64,000 nt of DNA. Origin: Eledone cirrhosa. Its lineage: Eukaryota. The translations under genes were made by a program, and so were the position numbers. The DNA lies in contig OZ024764.1 of the NCBI GenBank assembly GCA_964016885.1, positions 7,874,001-7,938,000 of the forward strand, written 5' to 3'. Below are positions 41,461 through 51,989 of the stretch, in pieces. Every line of letters begins with the position of its first letter. Positions within the stretch are counted from its first letter, which is position 1. The notes under the pieces were generated by a model. It did not search any database and was not told the DNA's origin. It saw only the letters and a program-made list of their open reading frames with translations.

Positions 41461-42898
41461 GTCTAGAATGTGACATAGGTTATCATCTGACGAATTGCTG
41501 TCTTCATTTATCATGTTACTGAAGCAATGTTCGTAAAACAAAATATTCCATATGAATGGATTAAGCTTCTTTTTTATGTACTTTAAGAAAGGCGAACATG
41601 TGAAAAGGAATTCCGTGTATCTGGTTATGAATGCAATTTTTTCTGATAAAGGAGCGTTCTGATCGAACTTGTTATTACTTGTAATGATTAATGGTGTCCT
41701 ATGAACTATTTGGTCCTGCTTAAACTTTATGGCTACTTCTGTGTCTATTCCTTCTGCCAATTTTTTAAAGGTTTGTAGAGTTTCTAATGTAAAATTTGGT
41801 TCTTCTATCAAACCAATTTCTACGTTTATGAGATTTTGAAATGGGAAACTACTTGTACCCTGAATTGTGGAGACATGTGTAAACATGTCAGCAATGCTTC
41901 TTGCAACCATAGATTTACCGGTGTTAGGTATACCTCTTAATACTAAGAGATTTCTTTTCGTTTTTTTTTTAGTTAGTAGTTCCCATACCGTATTTACAAA
42001 TGTGGCTTCTGGCAGATCTTGTGTGAGTATAATCGATTTCAAAATTTTGAGTGAAACGTCTCTGTCCATATAGTTCTTATTATTGTCAAAGAATTCCCAG
42101 TTCATTGATTCGAATTTATCTTTGAATGACATATTTAGTGTTTTAAGTTTTTCACATTCTAATACTTTCTTCATGACGCTGTCGTACATTGGGTGTGAAA
42201 TTGCTCTCGTGAAGTCGTTGTTAGTTCTATGTAGCCAGTGTGATTTCATATCTTGTTCGCTTCTAAACTTTTTTGAGGTAAAGATGTAAGATAAGTAATT
42301 GAATAATATTAACGTAGTGCCCGATTTCGATTTAAATGATGGTTCTTCTTGTGCTGTAACTGGTAATTTGCTGGTTGATGCTTTTGGTTGTACGTTTGGT
42401 TTTTGTCTATATTCCTGTTCACACCATTCAGAAAATGTTTCGTTGATTTCGTCAATGCCTTGTATCAACAGATATCTTGGAGGTTGACAAAAGTAGTTTG
42501 CCATACTACTGGAAAATTTGATTCTTTGACATTCTGGTATGTAGCGTACCAACTTGGTTGCTTTTTTGTACAAACTTCTTATATATTTTAGCCGTTGGTT
42601 TTCGCCCGGTCTTTGTAAACTGTGCCATATAATATGGAAGTGGTTGAAGGCGTCCCATTCCTTTTTCGCGCATAAAGTATTGTTCTTTGGATGATAAATC
42701 ACTGTTGCTCCCTCAATGAACGAAATCTTTTATCTTGTAGTTGCTGCTAATTTGGTATGTATCCTTACGTGTTTCGTCATCGTTATGTTCGTTAATGTTG
42801 AGTTCAAAATGTTTAATTGGTCCAGCTCCTTGGTGCCAGTAAAAGTCGTTTGTTTCTATCCAAGGATAGATACACATGTATAACTTATAACCTGAGTT
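41461..42898 (-). pseudogene. NS1: Parvovirus-like NS1 (HUH endonuclease + SF3 helicase), variant A; one frameshift near 42720
   Basis: HFHIIW (HUH), GIPNTGKS (Walker A), IGLIEE (Walker B), FKKLAEG (B'), PLIITSN (C); ORF 42713-42961 supplies the N-terminal part in another frame. Confidence 0.9.
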
Positions 42899-42932
42899 CT
42901 GAAATGGAAAATGGTTACATTGTAATATTACT

Positions 42933-44285
42933 TTAACGATGTGCTTGGCGAGTTTTACCAACTCTCGTTATTTCATAATTACGTAAACCTTGTGGCCATT
43001 TACATAGGTTAGTTTTAGCTGAATTCATTATTGTTGCGTTAGCTGTACCCCAAGCCATCCACCCCATTGTTTGAGGACTGCCAGATATATATTCGAAATC
43101 TACTTCTGAATAATAAGTAATTGTTATCGTGAATGATATTTTTGAAGGGTTATTTTGAGAGTCTAATATAGGTACTGAATCTAATGTTGCTATTGGTGGA
43201 GGATTTGATGGATTAACCGGAAATTGCGTTAAATGTGACCGACCCGTATTTTCTTCTTCTTCAGTTTTATCTACTGCTAAATCTTTGCTCCATGTTCCGT
43301 CTTTAATCGGTGCCCATTGCGATTTTTTAGCTCCTGAATATGTATTTATTTCACATGGTAGACCGTTAGTTAATTTAATTGTTGGTGGTTCGAAAGTTGT
43401 GTTGAATGCGTAGTACCCCATAAGCGAAAACCAACTAGGTGTTCTGTTAACCCATGTGTATGTTGCTGTATCCCCTGCATATAAGAATTGGAAGTCCCCT
43501 GTATTTAGGTATGATAGTATTTCTTCTGCTGGCATTTCTTGATCCGTAGCGGTTGCTGCTTTTATATCTTGCCATAACCACCAGTCTTTTCTAATTAATC
43601 TGTAGCTTTCTATTGGTGCTAGTTTCCCTTCGTCCCTAGTTAGTGGTATGTTATGTGTCCAGTTATGATTTAAGTGAGCTATATTCCATGTTTGGTTTGG
43701 AAATAATGCATATTTATTATCTACATAATGTATCATCCATGGTCTTGTGTTAAATGTTGTGTTGGTTGTAGTAGTGTTTTGTAACGTTCCTAATTCGTCT
43801 GTAAGTGGTATTATGTTCGATATTTTGTAACCGCATGATTTAACTCTGAAGTTGCTACATGGTGTTAAGTATGTTTTTAGTTCTGCTATCGTCATACTCG
43901 CTTTTAACTCTGTGTAAGGAATTAAAGCTGCTCTATGTTTAATCATTAATTCTATATATTCTGCATCGTGTTGTTTGTAATATGCTTTATCTATCGGATT
44001 TTCTGAACAATTTATGTAATGTATGAATGTTCTTGAGAATTTTTTTGAGACTATTGGATTTATGTCCCCTATTACTGGTGGTTGATCCCCTTGTGCTAAC
44101 GCTTCTGACCCTCCTGGTGATGGTCCTACGTGTGGATCCCCCATTGTTGGTGTTTCTACTATGCCACTATCTTGTGATGTTGCCGCGTTTACTAGATCTT
44201 GATCTGATATTTCGCAACCGTCTTGATTTTTATGTGATTGTTCTTGTTCTTGTTCTATTCTCCTCTTTTTCTCAGTCGGTGGCAT
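42933..44285 (-). CDS. VP: Parvovirus/densovirus-like major capsid protein, uninterrupted 450-aa ORF
   Basis: KKRR NLS-like start, Gly/Pro-rich N-arm, LIPYTELKASMTIAEL..FRVKSCGYKI motif typical of parvoviral VP; in frame with upstream PLA2 and adjacent to NS1. Confidence 0.75.
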   Translation of the reverse strand: MPPTEKKRRIEQEQEQSHKNQDGCEISDQDLVNAATSQDSGIVETPTMGDPHVGPSPGGSEALAQGDQPPVIGDINPIVSKKFSRTFIHYINCSENPIDKAYYKQHDAEYIELMIKHRAALIPYTELKASMTIAELKTYLTPCSNFRVKSCGYKISNIIPLTDELGTLQNTTTTNTTFNTRPWMIHYVDNKYALFPNQTWNIAHLNHNWTHNIPLTRDEGKLAPIESYRLIRKDWWLWQDIKAATATDQEMPAEEILSYLNTGDFQFLYAGDTATYTWVNRTPSWFSLMGYYAFNTTFEPPTIKLTNGLPCEINTYSGAKKSQWAPIKDGTWSKDLAVDKTEEEENTGRSHLTQFPVNPSNPPPIATLDSVPILDSQNNPSKISFTITITYYSEVDFEYISGSPQTMGWMAWGTANATIMNSAKTNLCKWPQGLRNYEITRVGKTRQAHR

Positions 44286-44507
44286 TACAAAGTTTTTTCC
44301 TCTTATAATATTCCTTACTAAGAACGCCGATACTCCGCTACTTTTTTTACTTCACTCGATTAGTTTGTTGTCAGCTTCTAATATAGTTATATCTGTTCTG
44401 TCTAAATCGTGTTCTCTGCAGCACTTGTCTAATTCATTCAAAGGTTTGTTGTTGTAATTGTTTGTGTATGGTCCACAGTAATTATAATATGGTAAATGTA
44501 AAGGGAT
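44286..44507 (-). pseudogene. VP1-unique PLA2 domain, variant A (ATG>ATC, in-frame TGA)
   Basis: IPLHLPYYNYCGPYTNN..NELDKCCREHDL..KLIE*SKK..NFV reads in frame into MPPTEKK; TGA at 44354-44352. Confidence 0.85.
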
Positions 44508-44517
44508 GATTACTTAT

Positions 44518-44571
44518 CGCGAGTTCTGCCAACATTGTTGCATCTCGTAGCTTTAAATCTTCGTAACTCAT
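44518..44571 (-). CDS. 18-codon leader exon candidate, variant A (donor reads ATAAGT)
   Basis: MSYEDLKLRDATMLAELA; homologous to 45320-45373. Confidence 0.55.
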
Positions 44572-44644
44572 CTTGAGTAGTAGCGAAGTATCGACGTTCT
44601 TCTTTTGGCGTGTATTTCTGTTGTGCTAATTTGAAATGCGCGCC

Positions 44645-44700
44645 TTGATATTTATACTGTTTTTAATGCTGACTATGCTTTTAATTTTGCCTACGTGTTT
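44645..44700 (-). promoter_or_regulatory. Viral promoter candidate A
   Basis: TATAAA at 44656-44651, 80 nt upstream of the leader ATG; ACGTAGGCAAAA upstream, as in copy B. Confidence 0.5.
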
Positions 44701-44842
44701 GTATTTGAATTATTGCTGTCGCAGCATTAATATTCCCGCTGTAATTGATATCTTCAATGTGATTGGATAAGCTGCCTGCTCTCTGCACTGCCCTTTTGGA
44801 AAGGGAGACAAGCCGGTCGGGAGGGAGGTGGAGGAATCCTAA

Positions 44843-45312
44843 GTATTTTGCTTACTATCGGATTTCTATCTCCATTCGACGGTGGCTGATCTCCTGTAGC
44901 CATCGAAGCTGCACCTCCTGGTGCTGGCCCAACATGAGGATCTCCCATGTTTTGAGATTCGTTTATTCCGCTGTCTTGTGATGCAACTGCGTCAATCAAA
45001 TCTTGATCCGAAATGTCGCAACTATCTTCTTGATATTTTTCGATTCTTCTTGTTCGATTCTTCTTTTTTTAGGAAAGACAGGAGGCATTAGTATATTTTT
45101 TGCCTTAATTATATTCCTAAGAACGATGATACCCCACTAATTTCCTTACTACAGTCTATTAATTTTTTATCTGCGTCTTCTGTTAATATATCTTGTTTAT
45201 CATAATGTAAGTCATGTTGTCTGCAGCAGTTATCTAATTCGTTAATCGGTTTCTCTTGAAAGTTATTAGTGTAAGGCCCACAGTAATTATAAAATGGTAA
45301 ATGTAATGGCAT
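44843..45312 (-). pseudogene. PLA2 + capsid N-terminus, variant B, frameshifted and truncated
   Basis: MPLHLPFYNYCGPYT..NELDNCCRQHDLHY; then MPPVFPKKRRIE..SQDSGI..MGDPHVGPAPGG..NPIVSK. Confidence 0.88.
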
Positions 45313-45319
45313 GACTTAC

Positions 45320-45373
45320 CGATAGTTCGTTCAACATTGTGCTATCTCTTGCTTTTAAATCTTCGTAATTCAT
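45320..45373 (-). CDS. 18-codon leader exon candidate, variant B, with consensus donor
   Basis: MNYEDLKARDSTMLNELS|GTAAGT (45319-45314); the PLA2 ATG follows at 45312. Confidence 0.6.
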
Positions 45374-45454
45374 TATTGTTGGTTTTATGTTTCAGTGGAG
45401 TATCGTTGTTCTTTTCAGCGCGGGCCCTTCTGCCTCTGTGACAGATTTTTCCGC

Positions 45455-45505
45455 GCAATGGTATTTATATGCTATTGTTTTTGTTTTATTTTTGCCACGT
45501 TTCAT
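45455..45505 (-). promoter_or_regulatory. Viral promoter candidate B
   Basis: TATAAA at 45469-45464; ACGTGGCAAAA upstream. Confidence 0.5.
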
Positions 45506-45564
45506 TTAGTCAGCATATTTTAATATCCAATCAGAATTAATCTTAGTCAGCAAAATATTTCCCG

Positions 45565-46150
45565 CCACATAGTAATGAATATTTTAGCTATTCGTTCTGG
45601 CCTCATTTGGACCAGAACTTCCAGGCTAGTACCATTAAATATGCCCCTGGGGGACTTTCCTATTGAAATTAATGTGTCTTCATCGAAGTTGATGAAGCCA
45701 CATAAAATCCACCAAATATTTACGTTTGGTTGGATGCACGACACTCTTATTTTCTGTGTCCTTTTTCCCGTGTATGGGGGGGAAAAAGATGAAAGGGGGG
45801 GGGGGGGGACACAATTGGCGACACAGAATATTTTTGTGGCGTCAATTGGTCTTTCATGAGGACCGAAATGCTGCCAAAAAGTTTACCTTTTTGTATGAAG
45901 GTAATGTCCTTGATTGAGTCTTTTAACACCAGTTCAATTTCATTATGAGTCAATTGAACTGGTTTTCTTGTGGCATTAGATATTGTTCTAAAAACTAATG
46001 TTCTAAAAACATTTTCTCTGCTTAACTGTTGGGGTGAAGTAATGCTGAAGGTAACATTCTCCCCAAAAGTCACGTGTTGTTTTGCATCTTCCAGTAACTC
46101 TCTAGCATTAGTGATGTCGGTTTGCGTGTAAATTTCCGTTTTTTTTTACT
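45565..46150 (-). mobile_element. LINE ORF1 fragment
   Basis: FRTLVFRTISN..GSISVLMKD..PNVNIWWILCGF; homologous to 50250-50690 and 52200-52680. Confidence 0.7.
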
Positions 46151-46166
46151 GTTTGCAGATAGTTAT

Positions 46167-49100
46167 ATTTCTTTATTAGCCACAAGGGCGCACAAGAAAA
46201 GGGGACAATATAAAGACACATGGCGGGGATTTTACATACAATCGTGTAAAAAAATATAAAACAAGCAATTATAACAATCGAAATCCCTAATAGGGGGGAG
46301 GCACCACAAATGGGTTGTTTAATACCCCGTCGATAGAACAACCCTCAACTTCAGGAGCGTGTTGTGCAAGTGCTCTCTTCCTCAACCTACAGGTTTATAT
46401 ACAGAGAAGGCCCAATCACTCGGGCCATTTTTGCCACAATCACCCACCTTTCAGTAAATTTACTGGGGTGCAGTGCCTCTCTCTCCACTGATTCTCCTTC
46501 TAAAGTGGTACCTAAAGAAGGGAATGAGTTGTCCAGAGAGAAAGGCATCTGTCCTCAGTCCTCTCAACCTCGTCCACCATATAACTTCTTTCACCATAGC
46601 CACCGTACAGAAGAAAACCGCCTCTCTTTCGTTTTTGAAAGAGGCTGGCGGTTTGATCCTTATTATGGGCTCGGCAGTCAACTGGATTTGTCCCATACGT
46701 GACAGCAGTTCCGCGTAGTTCCACAGGTCGGTTACGCGCGGGTAGTGTACAGTTGCGTGCAGGACGGTTTCAATTCCCTGCATGCATCTTGGACACGTTC
46801 TCTTGGAAGGATCCCTGCCGGGGCATCTATGCCTGTAGATCTTGTCTCGAACTGGTAGAGCTCCTCGGTAGCACTGACAGGCCAGGGACCTCTGGAAGTT
46901 GCCTATGGGTCCCGGCTGGAAAGTTCTACCAAACAGACTGGTGAGTTCGTCCCCCTTGTGACGTACTAACCCTCTATAGAATGTCGAAGTGGAATTTCCA
47001 CTGATTGCCGTGCCCGCTTGACAGAGGACTGTGAGCGCCTGAGCGCATTCAATGTGCCAGGCGCCCATCTTCTTCGGTCTTCGCTTGACCCAGGACGGCA
47101 GCTCCGTCAGCGAGACAAGTTGCCGGAAGTCCTGTCTCACAAACGGTGTCCACACTGGTTGGGGGTTGGTGAGGAATACCTGTAGGTGCCGTAACCTCAG
47201 TGCATCATCAGCCACGGCATTCCCAGCCCTCCGTTGGAAGGGTGGTGACAGCAGACGGATCTCCTCACCAGTGGAGCCTGCTTCTTTCAAAGGAACTGAA
47301 AGAGCATGCAATCCATCTTGGTGAGGTGTTCACGGGGCCAAGGCACGACAGTCAAGCGGTAGTAGATGACGGACGCTATGAAAGTGTTCACCACCTCTGC
47401 CCGACCTTTCAAGGATAGTTTGCACTCTGCCCATTTCTGGGTGAGCGCAAATACCTTGGCCGTGACCTCGTTCCAGTTTTTCTCCATCTGGTGGCCGGAC
47501 CGAACCAGACCCTGAGCAATTTCCCCGGTCCGTCCGTCCAGCGTCCAACGACGCTGTCGGACGGCATCGGTTTGCCTCTCCACGTTCCGAGTTGCAAACC
47601 GACAGACTTGTCTGGGTTCAGTTTTGCTCCTGTGAGCCTTTCATATTCCTGCAGTAAGTTGCCGATCTCCCTGATTTCAGAGGCTTCCGACACAATTACC
47701 GTCACGTCGTCGACATAAGCCGATGCCGCTTTCCGCGGTCCCTGTTCCAACGGGATGCCCTGCAACAACCCCAGTGGCTCTAGAGTCAGTACGTACAGAA
47801 TGGAGGAGAGAGGGCCTCCCTGTCGGATGGAACGCGTGATTGCGAACGGCTCCGATAGGTAGCCGTTCACCTTGACCATCGAGCAGATATTGGTGTGCAT
47901 TGCGGCGATCCAGCCTCTGAAGACGGGTCCGAAACCGGGCACCTTGAGAACCGCTTCCAAGTATCGATGGTCAACCTTATCGAACGCCTTAGACTCATCT
48001 AAATTGATCAGAGCCCCACCAAATCCGGGTTTACACCCCACACTCTCTATGATGTATCGCATGAGGTGGAGGTTGTCGTGTATGGACCTGGTCGGGATTG
48101 CACAGATTTGCGCTTTCCCTACCAGGTTCTCGACGACAAGTGCCAACCTCTTTGCCAACACCTTGGCCAAAATCTTTAATTCTGTTGAGCAGAGTTATGG
48201 GCCTAAAGTTGCGTAGTTCGTCCCCCTTTTTCTCGTCTTTCCTTAGCGTTAATACGCCCTTGCCTGCAGAACTGGGAATTCTCCCGTTCTGCTGCCAGTT
48301 GCAGTAGACGGCCTCGAGGACGCCAGAGAGCAAGTCCGGCATGCCTATGTAAAACTCATACGGTAGACCATCTAGACCGGGTGATTTGCGTTTCCCGCAG
48401 CGGCCCAGAGCGTCCCGTATTTCAGTGGCTGTGATCGGTCTTTTGCAGAACTCGGCGTCCATGCTCGAGAGACGCAGCAGGCCATCGAGGTATGAACCGA
48501 AGTCCATTGCCCCGTTCGATGCACCGCCACTCTGCCCGAACAGTGCCGCTGAAAAGCCGCGCACATCCGCTTGGGGTCAAGTAGTACGCGTCGGTTTTGG
48601 TCTTTCAAAGACCGAATCGTGGAATTGTTGCCACTCAGGCCCAGCTAACAGCTAGCACTCTAGCTACGTTGCCACTCCTAAGCACCTCCTCTACCTTGGC
48701 TACTAGTTCCGATTCTCTTTTGTTGCTCTCTAAGGCTAACTCTCTGCTAAAGTCTATCGTCTCTACTCTAATTGCTTTCTTGAGGGAGTACCACCATCTG
48801 TTTTTGATGATGGCTCCCATCAATTGTTGCTTAACTAATCTACTTATCTGCTAACTGTAGGCTTTACGTGTCGGTAGCGACACTTTCAGCTTCCAGTATC
48901 CAGGTCTTTGTCTATGTATTCTATCTACTGGAAGCTGAACGTGTCGCTACCGACACGTTCAGCTTCCAGTAGATAGAATACATAGACAAAGACCTGGATA
49001 CTGGAAGCTGAACGTGTCGGTAGCGACACGTTCAGCTTCCAGTAGATAGAATACATAGACAAAGACCTGGATACTGGAAGCTGAAAGTGTCGCTACCGAC

Positions 49101-50880
49101 ACGTTCAGCTTCCAGTAGATAGAATACATAGACAAAGACCTGGATACTGGAAGCTGAAAGTGTCGGTAGCGACACTTTCAGCTTCCAGTATCCAGGTCTT
49201 TGTCTATGTATTCTATCTACTGGAAGCTGAACGTGTCGCTACCGACACGTTCAGCTTCCAGTATCCGGGTCTTTGTCTATGTATTCTATCTACTGGAAGC
49301 TGAACGTGTCGCTACCGACACGTTCAGCTTCCAGTATCCGGGTCTTTGTCTATGTATTCTATCACGGTTGACTATGCAGAGGACTAGTTTGTGTCTGAAT
49401 AGGCAACCATGTGCATTTGTGGACAGCTTAACATCTTCTTGTCCTTCTCTCTAATGAAGAACCTATCTAAATACGATCTAGATGTCCCGCTGCAGTTTGC
49501 CCACGTCCACTGTGGTGCAGTCGGGAAATCTAGTCGATATCTATCGGCCAGTTGGAATTGGCCGATTAGATTTTTGAGGCTGTTGCACCCCCCTCTACTG
49601 AGACATGATCCCACATAGTCCCATCGTGCATCTAGGATACCATTCCAGTCCCCCACTGTTCGTCTGTGAGTTTTCTTTTTTGTGTTTGTGTTGGTATTTG
49701 TTTGGTTGGTAGGGGGAGGTTTGGTTGTGGTGCTGTTTGTGTCTGTGTCTGTGGTTGTGTGTTGGTGTTGGTGATTTGAGTTTTGGGGGTTTTGTGGTAT
49801 CTCTTTTTTTGTTTTTTTTTATTTCCGAGGCTCTCCTTCATCACTTAAAGAAGCAGCAGCCTCATCTGTTGATGGATAATCATTATCAGGTGGGGTAGGG
49901 GTATGTTGTATGGTGGTGGTGTTTCGGTGTTTGAGGTAGTGTGGGATGGGATGGGGCTGTGTTCTTCAGGAGTGTTGTCTGTGTTTTTTCTGTTGTTGGT
50001 TGAGTGGTTGTTTGTTTTGGTGTGTTTGCTTGTTTCGTGTGTTGTGGTGGTAGTTGTTTTGGTGTTGGTAACAGTGTTTTCTTTTGTAATGTTTTGGTTG
50101 AGCCTGTTTGTAAAGGGCAGGAGGCCTTTAGGTGTGTGGTGCTATTGCAACGAAAGCAATGTGGTTTTCGTCCCTCAACCAAAATGCATATGTGGCTGTT
50201 GTTATCCACTAGCAGTTTTTCTGGTATTCTGGAGATTCTTTCCAGGCTCATTTGTACCAGACCAGGTCTGTCTGGTTGACTTTTTGATGGAGAGAATGGT
50301 GTCTTTTCTCTCCTCCAAAAATCCTGCCAATATCCACCAAATATTAATATTTGGTGGTATGTTTGTAATTCTGATCTTTTGTGTCTCTTTTGTTAGGTAT
50401 GTAGGGAAAAAGGTGTATTTTTTTTGACAGTATTGGCGTCACTGAGTATCTTTGTGCAAGGGCCTCGCTTTTGAGGAGTACCGAAATACTCCTGTACTGT
50501 TTGGCCCTCTGCATAAAGTCAATGTCTGGCAATATCTTTATTAAAGTTGCCTCAATTTCCCCTTGACTGAGGAATGCTGTTTTTTTTGTTTCATTTGAAA
50601 TAGTTCTGAAGGTAATTGTCCTTCGAAATGTTTCCAGACGAATTTTTGGGGGTGAGTTTATCTGAAATCACCCGTTTTCACCGAAAGTGATAAACTCCTT
50701 TGCTTCAGTTGTCGGTTTTTCCGTTTGTAGTTGTGTCTATTGTTTCATTTTTTGTGGTTTTTGATGTCTTGCAAGTTGCATTTTTAGGCTTCTTGGCAAA
50801 ACAAAACTTTGTTGTCACTATTTGTCTCCATAGTGACGCCTATGTAGGCAGAAGTTGCAGTAACATTACTCTCTGCATTT
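46167..50880 (-). mobile_element. Degenerate Tx1/L1-like non-LTR retrotransposon (ORF1, partial APE endonuclease, RT, C-terminal Zn motif, 3' end)
   Basis: CFRCNSTTHLKASC knuckle; GDWN, SYLDRF, GYWKLNVSL; KSPGLDGLP, FRPITLLN, KAFDKVDH, RQGGPLS, YVDDV; CPRC..ETVLH. Confidence 0.92.
48867..49363. repeat. 73-bp dumbbell (double-hairpin) tandem array with independently inverted loops
   Basis: 21-nt stem, 27-nt loop, reverse stem, 4-nt loop, ~6.7 units; both loops occur in both orientations. Confidence 0.92.
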
Positions 50881-50959
50881 TTCTCTCTACTTTCTTGTGT
50901 CAGCGTTCGGTAGCGTTGCTTCTACTAAGCCAGCCATTATCAATAGCAAAAATGTTAAA

Positions 50960-51200
50960 TTTACAAAAGGGTTGAACGCACCTCCGAGAAAATGTGCAAC
51001 CCTCCTCTCCAGGAGCATGAAGAGCGAGTGCTCCCTTTCTCTCTTCCTCAACCTACAGGCTTATATAGAGAAAAGGCCCAATCACTCGGGCCATCCTTGC
51101 CGCATACACCCACCTTTCGTAAAATTTGCTGGGGTGCAGCACCTCTCTCTCCACTCTGATTCTTCTTCTAAAATGATATTTAAAGAAGCGAACCAGTTGG
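50960..51200 (-). mobile_element. Third Tx1-like 3' fragment
   Basis: Near match to 39895-40097. Confidence 0.8.
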
Positions 51201-51303
51201 GCCTCGTCCGTTGTGGTGTCTGTGTGATTGGGGAGCTGTTGTGCTTGTGTGGGTGTTTTGGGAGTTGTTTTAGGTGGGGAGGGGTTGGGTGGAACTGTGT
51301 TTT

Positions 51304-51652
51304 ACGGTTTGGTTTGTTTTTGTGTGTTGTGGTGGTCGTGTTCTAATTAAACTATTAAAAGCATCACATACCGTTTACACTGTAGGTTATAAGAATTCTG
51401 CTTTTGTGTTCAGACTGATACGGCGTGGTTGTATAAATTAGCTCTGTAAAATTAAATCTAATCTATCAAACTTTTTGTTTGCGGTTTGGTTTGTTTTTGT
51501 GTGTTGTGGTGGTCGTGTTCTAATTAAACTATTAAAAGCATCACATACCGTTTACACTGTAGGTTATAAGAATTCTGCTTTTGTGTTCAGACTGATACGG
51601 TGTGGTTGTGTAAATTAGCTCTGTAAAATTAAATCTAATCTATCAAACTTTT
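51304..51652. repeat. ~178-bp direct tandem duplication
   Basis: cggtttggtttgtttttgtg..ctatcaaactttt occurs twice. Confidence 0.85.
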
Positions 51653-51989
51653 GAAGAAAAACTCACGCACCTTTTACACCAGTTTGTGAGAAAAATTCCT
51701 GCATTATGACAGATATGGCATGGTAAACTGGACATATACTTCCCCGAAATTTACAGACGCCCTTGACCTCATAAGTCAATGCGCGCTTGCGTGCACAAGT
51801 CTCGTCTGCATTCTCACATGCTTTTATTTTTGTGAAGCTCCGAAACGCGCGTATGTGAAAATGCACTCAATCAATGCGTCAACACATGAATTTTATAAAC
51901 CGATGGCAAGATCACTAAAACGTACAGCTCATCAAAATTTTGAGCAAAGCGTACAGTTTTGTACGAACGTACAGTCATCGGCAGCACTG

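Noticed and set aside
41332-42702. 456-aa ORF taken as a complete NS1
   Set aside because: It starts at a GTG just after a frameshift, and its last ~45 aa come from a second viral variant ending in a premature stop
42900-42935. VP-NS1 order explained as a head-to-tail concatemer of a normal genome
   Set aside because: Only ~35 nt separate the VP stop from NS1 coding sequence, with no hairpin, polyA signal or promoter; disfavoured but not excluded without an exogenous relative
48867-49363. Parvoviral terminal hairpin
   Set aside because: The sequence derives from LINE ORF2 (DRIHRQRPGYWKLNVSL) and lies more than 3 kb from the viral insert
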